From positions 17,905 to 81,904 of the forward strand of contig JAPPLJ010000048.1 in assembly GCA_028819475.1 (NCBI GenBank): a DNA stretch of 64,000 bases. Direction: 5' to 3'. The DNA is from Rhodospirillaceae bacterium (GTDB taxonomy: Bacteria > Pseudomonadota > Alphaproteobacteria > Bin65). A program made the position numbers and the translations under genes. Positions 1 to 8,588 of the stretch are shown here, piece after piece. Position 1 is the stretch's first letter, and each line of letters begins with the position of its first letter. The notes beneath the pieces are model-generated. The model ran no database searches and was not told the origin of the DNA. It saw nothing but the letters and a program-made list of their open reading frames with translations.

Positions 1-1384
1 CGGTCAGCTCGTCGACCCGCGGATTGGCGTAGCCCGTCGCGTTCCACGGCCCCTTCGAATGGTAGAGGTATGTGAACACATAGTGGCTATCGAGCGTCGG
101 CACGCCCCAGCCCAGCATGTAGAAATCGGTCACCCGCTTCTGGATCTTGGGGAAGTGCTTGGACTTCGGAATCGCGTCCAGATTGACCTTGATGCCGACC
201 TTGCCGAGCATCCCGACGACCGCGATGCAGATCTTCTCGTCGTTGTTGTAGCGGTTGTTCGGGCAGTCCAGGCGAACGGAAAAGCCGTTCGGATAGCCCG
301 CTTCGGCGAGCAGGGCCTTGGCCTTGGCCGGATCGTAGGACAGGCGCCCGTTCAGGGCTTGCGTGTAGCCGTGGACGCCCGGCGAGGTGATGATACCCGC
401 CGGCACGGCGAGGCCGCGCATCACGACCTTGCGGATCGCCGCGATGTCGATCGCCCGGTACATGGCCTCGCGCACCTTGGCGTCGGCGAACGGGTTCTTG
501 CCCTTGACGTCGGAGGTGCGCAGCTCCTTCACGCCGGTATCGAGGCCGAGGAAGATGGTCCGGATCTGCGGCGTCTGCACGACCTTCAGCTTGGCGCTGC
601 GGCCGATGCGGTTGAGATCCTGGAACGGCGGATCGAGCACGAAATCGACCTGGCCGGAAAGCAGCGCGGCGACCCGGGTCGCGGCGTTCTTGATCGGCGT
701 GTAGACGATCTCGTCGACGTTGCCGCCGGAGTCCTTCCAGCCCCACCAGTCCGGGTTGCGCACCAGAATCGTGCGGACGCCCGGCTCGCGCAGCTTCAGC
801 ATGTAGGGGCCGGTGCCGTTGGCGTGGCGCGCGGCGTAGCTCTCTTCGTTGTTCTTGAAGTCGAGGGGCTTCTCGACCTTGTGCTTCTTGGCCCAGGCGG
901 CGGACATGATGCCGATCTGGGTCAGCTGGTTGGGCAGGATCGGGTTCGGCCCCTTGGTGATGAGCTGCACCGTGTGGCTGTCGATCTTCTTCGCCTCGAC
1001 GACGCTCTTGACGTAGTTCTTGAAGTCCGAGGTCGGCAGCTTGATGCGCTGCATGGTGAAAACGACGTCGTCGGCGCTGAAGGCCGAGCCGTCATGGAAT
1101 TTGACGCCCTTGCGCAGCTTGAACTCCCACACATTCGGTTTGCCCGCGACGGTGGACCAGCTCGTGGCCAGCGCGGGAATCAGCTTCATGGCCGGATCGC
1201 GGAAGACCAGCCCCTCGTAGATCTGCAGGGTCGCCGAATTGGTCGGGCCCTCGTTCTGCGAATGGGGATCGGCGGTGAGCGCGTCGCCCTGGCTGGCCCA
1301 TTTCAGGACATTCTTGGCCGACGCCGGCATGGCGGCGACCGCAAGGGCGGCGGCAACCGCCGCCGCTGTCATCAGTCGTTTCAT
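1..1384 (-). CDS. ABC transporter substrate-binding protein, peptide/nickel family 5 (3' end runs off window)
   Basis: ATG at 1384 gives MKRLMTAAAVAAALAVAAMPASAKNVLKWASQGDALTADPHSQNEG...WEFKLRKGVKFHDGSAFSADDVVFT...NGTGPY: signal peptide plus SBP_bac_5 motifs. Absent from the ORF track because it has no stop in the window. Confidence 0.93.
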   Translation of the reverse strand, partial: MKRLMTAAAVAAALAVAAMPASAKNVLKWASQGDALTADPHSQNEGPTNSATLQIYEGLVFRDPAMKLIPALATSWSTVAGKPNVWEFKLRKGVKFHDGSAFSADDVVFTMQRIKLPTSDFKNYVKSVVEAKKIDSHTVQLITKGPNPILPNQLTQIGIMSAAWAKKHKVEKPLDFKNNEESYAARHANGTGPYMLKLREPGVRTILVRNPDWWGWKDSGGNVDEIVYTPIKNAATRVAALLSGQVDFVLDPPFQDLNRIGRSAKLKVVQTPQIRTIFLGLDTGVKELRTSDVKGKNPFADAKVREAMYRAIDIAAIRKVVMRGLAVPAGIITSPGVHGYTQALNGRLSYDPAKAKALLAEAGYPNGFSVRLDCPNNRYNNDEKICIAVVGMLGKVGIKVNLDAIPKSKHFPKIQKRVTDFYMLGWGVPTLDSHYVFTYLYHSKGPWNATGYANPRVDELT

Positions 1385-2170
1385 CGTCACCCCTCCAGGG
1401 TTTCCGTGATGTTGACGGTTCGGTTTCGCTTTTCGGCACGGCACCGGCCGGAAAGGCCGGCAACCGCGCCGTGTGCAGGGCGGCAGTCTTAGTCGAACCT
1501 GCGGCGCGGGTCACGATGGAATTGGCGCGCAGGCGCGGTGCTCAACCGCTTGTTACCGGAGCGTTTGGGCAAGGGTACGGATATCGGCCGGCAGCAGGCC
1601 CGGGGCGCCGGACGGGCCGGACGCCGGGAAACGGCCGGATTTTGAATAAATGTTCAAAATCATTTTCCCTAAGTCTTTGAAATTGCTTGACTTTTCTCAT
1701 TGGACAGACCGGTCTTTCTTATGTGTTTTTTTGCACCCGGCAGCCCTAACCCTTTGGAATCGTTGGAAAGACGTCTATCGGAAATGCGCAAAATCAATCC
1801 CGGTAGGAATTTTTCCAGCTTTCCGGCCGAACGGGAGCGCCGCGCGACACCGGGGGCGGCACCGCGGGGCAGGATCGGGGGCAGCATGGCCCGGCGGAAT
1901 CGGAGGGTCGAACCGGACGGTCGAATCGGACGGGGTCCGGCCGTCAAGCCCAATGGCGCACAGGGCGGCGCACAGGATGGCCGACTGGCGGCGGCGGGCC
2001 GGAAAGCGGGCAGTTCCCGCCTGTTTCTTCGTTCGCTTTTTTTGGGGCGTCGGCCGGCCGCGGCAGGCGCACTTCGGGCGTTGACGGGGCCGATATAGGG
2101 CGCGGGATCCACCATGTCAAGGCAAATTATCGTAAAAAAGGAAATAATTTTGAAAGAGCGCTGCCGCCCC

Positions 2171-2287
2171 AATCCCCATTGCCACCCCGGACGGAGCGCA
2201 GCGGAGATCCGGGGACCAGAGCCACGGGCAAAGGCCTTTCAAGTCGGCCCTGGGCCCCGGATCAGGTCCGGGGCGGCAAATTGGGTT
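2171..2287. repeat. Palindromic MITE/REP-like element, family A
   Basis: TTGCCACCCCGG (2179-2190) and CCGGGGCGGCAA (2268-2279) are near-perfect terminal inverted repeats. The left arm recurs inverted at 42642-42686. Confidence 0.75.
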
Positions 2288-2337
2288 GGGAATTCGGCGG
2301 GTCGGACCGGGGAGCGGAGACGTTTGATTCTTCCTAT

Positions 2338-2460
2338 CCCTCCCCCTCTTCAGAGGGGGAGGCTAGGTGGGGGTGCGGTGGCGCCGGCACAGCCTACAGA
2401 CACCGCACCCCCATCGACCTCGCTGCGCTCGGCCACTTCCCCCTCTGAAGAGGGGGAAGG
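2338..2460. repeat. Multi-hairpin palindromic intergenic element (alphaproteobacterial RIME/CIR/RPE-like)
   Basis: CCTCCCCCTCT-TC-AGAGGGGGAGG (2339-2362) and CTTCCCCCTCT-GA-AGAGGGGGAAG (2436-2459) flank a central stem GGTGGGGGTGCGGTG / CACCGCACCCCCATC. Confidence 0.8.
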
Positions 2461-2563
2461 ATAAGGTGGTGGCGGCCTGGCCCCTTTCGCAGAACAATTC
2501 TCCTCAGAGGAGGTGGCTCAATACAGAAAAGGGAGTGGGGGTGGCGCGGTGCTCAGCCGCTTG

Positions 2564-3751
2564 TTATCGGAGCGTTTGAGCAAAGGCGCGGATGTCGTCG
2601 AGCAGCAGGTCCGGCGCCTCCATGGCGGCGAAGTGGCCGCCGCGCTGCATGTCGGTCCAGCGGGCCACGTTGTAACCCTTCTCGACGTAGGGCCGCGGCG
2701 GGAAGGGGATGATCTCGCGCGGGAAGTTGGCGATGCCGGTCGGGACGCGCACGCGGCCGCCGGGCGGGAACAGGGAATCGCCGTCGCGGCTGTAGCCGTT
2801 ATAGGTCCACGAGGCGCTGCCGAAGGCGTCGTTCACGATATAGAGCATCAGGTTGGTGAGCAGCCGTTCGCGGCCGATCACCCGGTCCAGGCTGGCCTGT
2901 TGCCCGTCGATCCAGGTGCGGAATTTCTCGCCGATCCAGGCGGCGACGCCGACCGGGCTGTCCAGCATGGCGTAGGCGAGCGATTCGGGCTTGGTCGCCT
3001 GGACGTGGAAATAGCCGCCCTCCTTCATCCGCCAGCGTTCGCCCTTGCGCCGCCAAGCGTCCTCTTCCGCGTTCTGCGGCGGGACGGGTTCGATGCCGCC
3101 GCCTTCCCGTTCCCGGGACGGGCGGACGCCGAACATGTTGAGATGCACGCCGCCGCACCCGCCCTTTTTATTTCGGTCCGCATGGTCGTGGCCGATCCAG
3201 CCGCAGATCACGCTGCCCCAGTCGCCGCCCTGGGCGATGTAGCCGTCATAGCCCAGCACGTCGCCCATCAGAGCGGCGATGTGCCCGGCCATGCGCCGCG
3301 GGCCGATCGGGCCGGCCGGCTTTTCGGAAAAGGCGTAGCCCGGCAGCGACGGCGCGACGACATGGAAGGCCGGCGCATCCCGCGCGCCGTGGGCGGCGGG
3401 GTCGGTCAGCGGCCCGAGCATCTCCTCGAATTCGATGAAGGAACCCGGCCAGCCATGCACCAGAACGAGCGGCCTCGCGTCGGCCCGCGGCGAACGGCAG
3501 TGGACGAAATGCAGGTCCAGCCCATCGGCCGCGGCCGTGAAATGCGGCAGCGCGTTCAGCCGGGTCTCGACGGCGCGCCAGTCATACTCCTCTATCCAAT
3601 ACCGGCAGAAATCGCGCAGCCAGTCCGGGTCCGGCCCCAGCGCCCATCCGCTGTCGACCTTTTCTTCCGGCCAGGGAAAATCCCGCACCCGTTGCAGGAT
3701 CCGGTCGAGCTTTTTCTGTGGCACATGGATCGTGAAAGGCGTCGGACTCAT
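2564..3751 (-). CDS. Epoxide hydrolase (EHN N-terminal domain plus alpha/beta hydrolase)
   Basis: HGWP oxyanion motif, QGGDWG nucleophile motif, GGHFAAME catalytic His. Confidence 0.93.
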   Translation of the reverse strand: MSPTPFTIHVPQKKLDRILQRVRDFPWPEEKVDSGWALGPDPDWLRDFCRYWIEEYDWRAVETRLNALPHFTAAADGLDLHFVHCRSPRADARPLVLVHGWPGSFIEFEEMLGPLTDPAAHGARDAPAFHVVAPSLPGYAFSEKPAGPIGPRRMAGHIAALMGDVLGYDGYIAQGGDWGSVICGWIGHDHADRNKKGGCGGVHLNMFGVRPSREREGGGIEPVPPQNAEEDAWRRKGERWRMKEGGYFHVQATKPESLAYAMLDSPVGVAAWIGEKFRTWIDGQQASLDRVIGRERLLTNLMLYIVNDAFGSASWTYNGYSRDGDSLFPPGGRVRVPTGIANFPREIIPFPPRPYVEKGYNVARWTDMQRGGHFAAMEAPDLLLDDIRAFAQTLR

Positions 3752-3820
3752 AGTCGGGGATCGCTGTCTCGGACCTGGGCGCGCAGGAATTTGCGGCGCG
3801 CCGAACCTATCGCGCCGCGG

Positions 3821-4621
3821 TTGCCGACGCTATGGTTCCCTCGGCCCGGCCCTGCCGCCGGGCGCGTTGTCGTCCGGAGCCGCCCCATCCTCTATCTCTA
3901 TTTCGCGCTCGCCTTCTGCCTCGCCGGCACGGTGAAGGGCTTGATCGGCATGGGCCTGCCGCTGGTGGCGATCGCGCTCATGTCGATCGTCATCGAGCCC
4001 AGGGCCGCGGTGCCGTTCGTCCTGGTGTCCAGCCTGGTGCTGAACCTGGTGCAGATCCTCCAGATGGGGGGCGTGCGCGACATCGCCCGCCGCTACACGC
4101 TGCTGGCGCTTGCGGCGGCAGTCAGCGTTTGGGGCGGCACGGAACTGCTGTTCGCCGTCGACCAGCGGATCATCGAGGTGCTGCTCGGCCTCGTCGTGTG
4201 CGGCTATGTCGCCATCAACGTCACGCGCATTCCGCCCGCCCTGCCGCGGGTCTGGGAGGCGCGCCTGGCGATCCCCGTCGGCCTTGTGCTCGGCGTGCTC
4301 CAGGGCGCGACCGGCTCGCTCGCCGCGCCGCTCGCCGCCTGGTGGCAGGTGCTTGGCCTCAAGAAGGACGAGTTCATCCAGGCGTCCGGTTATGTGCTGT
4401 TCATCATCGTGGTGCCCTGGGCGGTGTCGGTCGTCGTCAAGGGGGCGGTCACCTGGGAGGTCGCCGCGGTTTCCGCCGGCCTGATGGTCCCGGCGCTCCT
4501 GGGTATGTTCGTCGGCGGTCGAATTCGCGCCCGGGTGCCGGAAGAGCGCTACCGCAACCTGATCCTGGCCCTGCTGTTCGTCGCAGGCGTCGGCCTGTTC
4601 GTCAAAGGGCTGGCGATGTGA
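3821..4621 (+). CDS. Sulfite exporter TauE/SafE family membrane protein (start uncertain)
   Basis: AGTVKGLIGMGLPLVA and GVLQGATGSLAAP repeat motifs, about 8 hydrophobic segments. An in-frame TTG lies at 3821; the upstream part of track ORF 2513..4621 is a shadow of the hydrolase. Confidence 0.82.
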   Translation: MPTLWFPRPGPAAGRVVVRSRPILYLYFALAFCLAGTVKGLIGMGLPLVAIALMSIVIEPRAAVPFVLVSSLVLNLVQILQMGGVRDIARRYTLLALAAAVSVWGGTELLFAVDQRIIEVLLGLVVCGYVAINVTRIPPALPRVWEARLAIPVGLVLGVLQGATGSLAAPLAAWWQVLGLKKDEFIQASGYVLFIIVVPWAVSVVVKGAVTWEVAAVSAGLMVPALLGMFVGGRIRARVPEERYRNLILALLFVAGVGLFVKGLAM

Positions 4622-4663
4622 CGGTTCGGCAGTCCGCCGGCCAGCCGCCCATTCAGGCGCCAC

Positions 4664-5803
4664 TCAGTTTCCGGGCCGGTCCACGGCAAACTCTGCCCGA
4701 ATGGCCGGGCCGTGCTGGTCCAGGGCCGGGACGGCGCCGAGCCGCGGCGCGCCCAATTCGCGGACCAGCGTGCCGGGCGGGACCATCTGCGCCGGGCCGT
4801 TCGGCGTCTCGACCGGCACCCGCCGCAGTTCGGGATGGGCCGAAAGGTCGGCGACGCTGTTGACCCGCCCCCAGGCGATCTGTGCCGCCTCGAGCCGGCG
4901 GATCGCCTCGCCGCGCGATAACGCGCCGAAGACGGCGCCCATCTCGGCTTCCAGCGCCGGCCGGTTCGCCACCCGCGCCCCGTTGTCGGCAAAGCGCGGG
5001 TCGTCCGCCATGTCCGGCCGCTCCAGCACCGCCTCGCACAGGCGCACCCATTCGCGGGCATTCTGGATCGCGAGCACGATCGGCTCGCCGCCGGCGCACA
5101 GGAACAGGCCGTAGGGCGCGATCGTCGGATGGCGCAAGCCGACCCGCGCGAAGCCGCCGTCCCCAAGGTCGTTGTGAAACAGCGGCACGTTCATCCAGTC
5201 GGCGAGGGTGTGGAACAGGGAGACGGAAATCGCCCGCCCTTCGCCGGTCTTCTCGCGCGCGTAGAGGGCTTCCATGATCGCGCCGTAGGCGTGCACCCCG
5301 GCGGAAAAATCGGCGACCGAGACGCCGACCCGCGCCGGCTCGTCCGGGCTGCCGGTGATCGCCGCGACGCCGGATTCCGCCTGCACCAGCAGGTCGTAGG
5401 CCTTCATGGCCTCGTAGGGCCCGCCGTCGCCGTAGCCGGAGATATCGCAGGCGATGAGCCGCGGATGCTGCGCGCGCAGGGCCTCCGAGCCGAAGCCGAG
5501 CTTCGCCGCCGCGCCGGGCGCGAGATTTTGCAGGAACACGTCGGCCCGGGCGATCATCCGGTGCAGCAGCGTCGCGTCTGCCGCGTCCTTGAGGTCGAGG
5601 ACGATGGATTGCTTGCCCCGGTTGAGCCAGACGAAATAGGCCGAAAGTCCGTTCACCGCGCTGTCGTAGTAGCGCGCAATATCGCCGCCCGGCCGCTCGA
5701 CCTTGATCACCCGCGCGCCGGCATCGGCCAGCTTGGCCGCGCACAGCGGCGCCGCCGCCGCCTGGTCGATGGAAATTACGAGAATGTCGGCGAAGGGGTT
5801 CAT
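4664..5803 (-). CDS. CaiB/BaiF family III CoA-transferase
   Basis: LADAGARVIKVERPGGD, LNRGKQS, ADVFLQN, VADFSAG motifs. Confidence 0.93.
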   Translation of the reverse strand: MNPFADILVISIDQAAAAPLCAAKLADAGARVIKVERPGGDIARYYDSAVNGLSAYFVWLNRGKQSIVLDLKDAADATLLHRMIARADVFLQNLAPGAAAKLGFGSEALRAQHPRLIACDISGYGDGGPYEAMKAYDLLVQAESGVAAITGSPDEPARVGVSVADFSAGVHAYGAIMEALYAREKTGEGRAISVSLFHTLADWMNVPLFHNDLGDGGFARVGLRHPTIAPYGLFLCAGGEPIVLAIQNAREWVRLCEAVLERPDMADDPRFADNGARVANRPALEAEMGAVFGALSRGEAIRRLEAAQIAWGRVNSVADLSAHPELRRVPVETPNGPAQMVPPGTLVRELGAPRLGAVPALDQHGPAIRAEFAVDRPGN

Positions 5804-5838
5804 GGGGCGCGATCCGGGTCAGTGGCGGTGCCGCACCC

Positions 5839-7062
5839 TCAAAACGACCTTGGCAGGCCGAGGACGTGCTCGGCGATGTAGCTGAGGATCAGGTTGGTCG
5901 AGATCGGCGCGGTCCGGTAGAGCCGGGTCTCGCGGAACTTGCGCTCGATATCGTATTCCTCGGCGAAGGCGAAGCCGCCATGAGCCTGCATGCACATGTC
6001 GGCGGCCTCCCAGGCGGCGTCGGCGGCGAGCATCTTGGCCATGTTGGCCTCGGCGCCGGGCTGCTCGCCGGCGTCGAACAGGCAGGCCGCCTTCTGCACC
6101 ATCAGGTCGGCGGCCTCGGTCGCGGCATAAGCCTTCGCGATCGGGAACTGGATGCCCTGGTTCCGGCCGATCGGCCGGCCGAACACCTGGCGCTCGGCGG
6201 CATAGTCGCGCGCCTTACCGATGAACCAGCGGGCGTCGCCGATGCATTCCGCGCCGATCAGCACCCGCTCGGCGTTCATGCCGTCCAGGATGTAACGGAA
6301 GCCCTGCCCCTCCGCGCCGACGAGATTCTCTGCCGGGACTTCCAGATCGTCGAAGAAGACTTCTGTGGTGGCGTGGTTGATCATGGTGCGGATCGGCCGG
6401 ATCGTCAGGCCGTTGCCCCGCGCCTCGCGCATGTCGACGACGAAGACGGACAGGCCCTCCGTGCGCTTTTTCACCTCCTCCTTCGGCGTCGTCCGGGCCA
6501 GCAGCAGCATCAGGTCGGAATGCTCGGCGCGCGAGGTCCAGACCTTCTGGCCGTTCACGACATAGCGGTCGTTGCCCCTCTTCTCGGCGACGGTGCGCAG
6601 CGAAAGCGTGTCGGTGCCGCTGCCCGGCTCGGTCACGCCGAACGCCTGCAGCCGCAGGTCGCCCGAGGCGATGCCCGGCAGCCAGCGTGTCTTCTGCGCC
6701 TCGGAGCCGTGGCGCAGGATCGTGCCCATGATGTACATCTGGGCATGGCAGGCCGCGCCGTTGCCGCCGCTCTTGTGGATCTCCTCAAGGATCGCGCAGG
6801 CCGCGCGCAGGCCGAGGCCGCTGCCGCCATAGGCCTCCGGCACCAGCACGGCGAGGAAGCCGGCCTCGGTGAGCGCGCGGACGAACTCCGTGGGATAGGC
6901 GCGCTCCCGGTCCTTCGCCCGCCAGTATTCGCCCGGATACCCGGCGCACAGCGCGCGCACGGACTGCCGGATCGCCTCGATCTCCGGGTCCGGGGCATAG
7001 GGGTTGCCGGCAACGCTCCCGGCAGGATCGGCGGCGGGTGTGGCGGTTTCGACGATGGTCAT
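5839..7062 (-). CDS. Acyl-CoA dehydrogenase
   Basis: FGVTEPGSGTD, VNGQKVWTS, QVFGRPIGRNQ and GGFAFAEEYDIE motifs. ATG at 7062. Confidence 0.93.
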   Translation of the reverse strand: MTIVETATPAADPAGSVAGNPYAPDPEIEAIRQSVRALCAGYPGEYWRAKDRERAYPTEFVRALTEAGFLAVLVPEAYGGSGLGLRAACAILEEIHKSGGNGAACHAQMYIMGTILRHGSEAQKTRWLPGIASGDLRLQAFGVTEPGSGTDTLSLRTVAEKRGNDRYVVNGQKVWTSRAEHSDLMLLLARTTPKEEVKKRTEGLSVFVVDMREARGNGLTIRPIRTMINHATTEVFFDDLEVPAENLVGAEGQGFRYILDGMNAERVLIGAECIGDARWFIGKARDYAAERQVFGRPIGRNQGIQFPIAKAYAATEAADLMVQKAACLFDAGEQPGAEANMAKMLAADAAWEAADMCMQAHGGFAFAEEYDIERKFRETRLYRTAPISTNLILSYIAEHVLGLPRSF

Positions 7063-7199
7063 GGTTCGCACTCTCCGGCGGCGATCCCGGCCTAGGGCAT
7101 GTCCGCCGCCAAGGGAAGCGGACACGCCCGCGCGGCGGCTCTCCGGCCGGCGGCAACCGGATGTCGTTGTTGTAAGGCGGCGCTTGACATATCCGGGCC

Positions 7200-7298
7200 G
7201 GCCGCTACGCCGTCCGCCTGACGGCCAACTACCGCGTCACCTTCGGATGGGACGGCGACGCGGCGACGGACGTGGACATAGAGGACTATCACCGATGA
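7200..7298 (+). pseudogene. higB: C-terminal remnant of HigB (RelE-family, plasmid-killer type) toxin
   Basis: Translates GRYAVRLTANYRVTFGWDGDAATDVDIEDYHR*, matching the HigB C-terminus. In-frame TGA at 7185-7187 with no start codon after it. The stop overlaps the higA ATG (ATGA). Confidence 0.8.
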
Positions 7299-7600
7299 TC
7301 GAACGGCATCCTTCCATCGATCCGGTGCATCCCGGAGAAATTCTGCGGGAAGACGTCCTGCCCGCCCTGTCGATGAGCAGGACGGCGGTGGCGGAAGCGC
7401 TCGGCATATCCCGCCAGACGCTCTACGCCATTCTCAACGAGAAGCAGCCGGTCACCGCCGAAATGGCGGTCCGTTTCGGCAAGCTGTTCGGCAACGGCGC
7501 CGGTTTCTGGATCAACCTGCAACGGCTCCACGATATGGCGCGTGCGGAACGCGAGGTCGACGTGTCCGGGATACCGACCCTCGAGGCGCGGGCCGGCTGA
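7295..7600 (+). CDS. higA: HigA family addiction-module antitoxin (HTH_3)
   Basis: HPGEILREDVL...AEALGISRQTL...VTAEMAVRFGKLFGNGAGFWINLQ. Confidence 0.93.
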   Translation: MIERHPSIDPVHPGEILREDVLPALSMSRTAVAEALGISRQTLYAILNEKQPVTAEMAVRFGKLFGNGAGFWINLQRLHDMARAEREVDVSGIPTLEARAG

Positions 7601-7704
7601 ATCGGCGGATGCCGCGGGCCGATGCGCCGCGCGGCCCGGCGGTGCACCGCAGGCAGGCGGAAGTTCGGCTTGCCAAGCGTTGCCGCCGCCGCTTGAATCC
7701 GGGC

Positions 7705-8556
7705 ATGGACGGCGCCGCCACCGCAACCGGGCTGAAGATCGTGCCGATCGCGCCGGCGATCGGCGCGGAAATCCGCGGCGTCGATCTGGCGGCCGACCTG
7801 CCGGACGCGACAGTGGCGGCGATCCGGCAGGCCCTGCTCGACCATCTCGTCGTCTTCTTCCGCGATCAGGAGATCACCCCGGCCCGGCAACTCGCCTTCG
7901 CCCGCCGCTTCGGCGACCCGGTGCCCTATCCCATGGTCGAGGGCATCGATGGCTTTCCGGAAATCGCGCCGGTCCTCAAGCTGGAGCACGAGCGGGTCAA
8001 TTTCGGCGGCATCTGGCATTCCGATACCACCTACACGGCAGAACCGCCGATGGGCGCGATGCTGGCGGCGCGGGAGCTGCCGCCGGCCGGCGGCGATACC
8101 CTGTTCGCCAACCAGTATCTCGCCTGGGAATCCCTCTCCGAAGGGATGAAGGCCGCGCTCCGGCCGCTCCGGGCGGTCAACAGTTCGGCCAAGGCGTCGG
8201 CCCAGATCACCCGCAACCGCGGCGACGCCGACGGGCCGGGCAAGGACGCGAAGACGCTGAAGGAGGCCGTCCACCCGGTCATGCGCACCCACCCGGAGAC
8301 CGGTCGGCCGGCGCTCTACGTCAATACCGGGCACACGACGCGCTTCGAGGGCATGACCGAGAGGGAAAGCGCCCCGATCCTGGGGTATCTGTTCCGGCAC
8401 CAGACGCAGGCGGAATTCACCTGCCGCTTCGTCTGGACGCCGGGCGCCGTCGCCTTCTGGGACAACCGGGCGTCCCAGCACTATCCGCTCAACGATTATC
8501 ACGGCCATCGGCGCCTTATGCACCGCATCTCGATCGCCGGCGACCGGCCGGCCTGA
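7705..8556 (+). CDS. TauD/TfdA family Fe(II)/2-oxoglutarate dioxygenase
   Basis: IGAEIRGVDL, WHSDTT (HxD), GGDTLF, WDNRASQH and RLMHR motifs. Confidence 0.93.
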   Translation: MDGAATATGLKIVPIAPAIGAEIRGVDLAADLPDATVAAIRQALLDHLVVFFRDQEITPARQLAFARRFGDPVPYPMVEGIDGFPEIAPVLKLEHERVNFGGIWHSDTTYTAEPPMGAMLAARELPPAGGDTLFANQYLAWESLSEGMKAALRPLRAVNSSAKASAQITRNRGDADGPGKDAKTLKEAVHPVMRTHPETGRPALYVNTGHTTRFEGMTERESAPILGYLFRHQTQAEFTCRFVWTPGAVAFWDNRASQHYPLNDYHGHRRLMHRISIAGDRPA

Positions 8557-8588
8557 CCGGGGCGCCCCGCATTGAACCAGAGCGCCGG

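Noticed and set aside
59-1492. 477 aa plus-strand ORF
   Set aside because: Antisense to the ABC substrate-binding gene, which has clear family motifs.
1650-2464. Small ORFs in the first intergenic region
   Set aside because: They overlap each other on both strands, run through palindromic repeats and show no family motifs or clear ribosome-binding sites.
2513-3820. Apparent 702 aa fusion N-terminal to TauE
   Set aside because: The N-terminal part is the antisense shadow of the epoxide hydrolase; only the C-terminal roughly 260 aa is TauE-like.
7542-8588. Apparent N-terminal extension of the GT-C transferase (852 aa ORF)
   Set aside because: Off-frame read-through across the TauD gene; the transferase has its own ATG at 8589.
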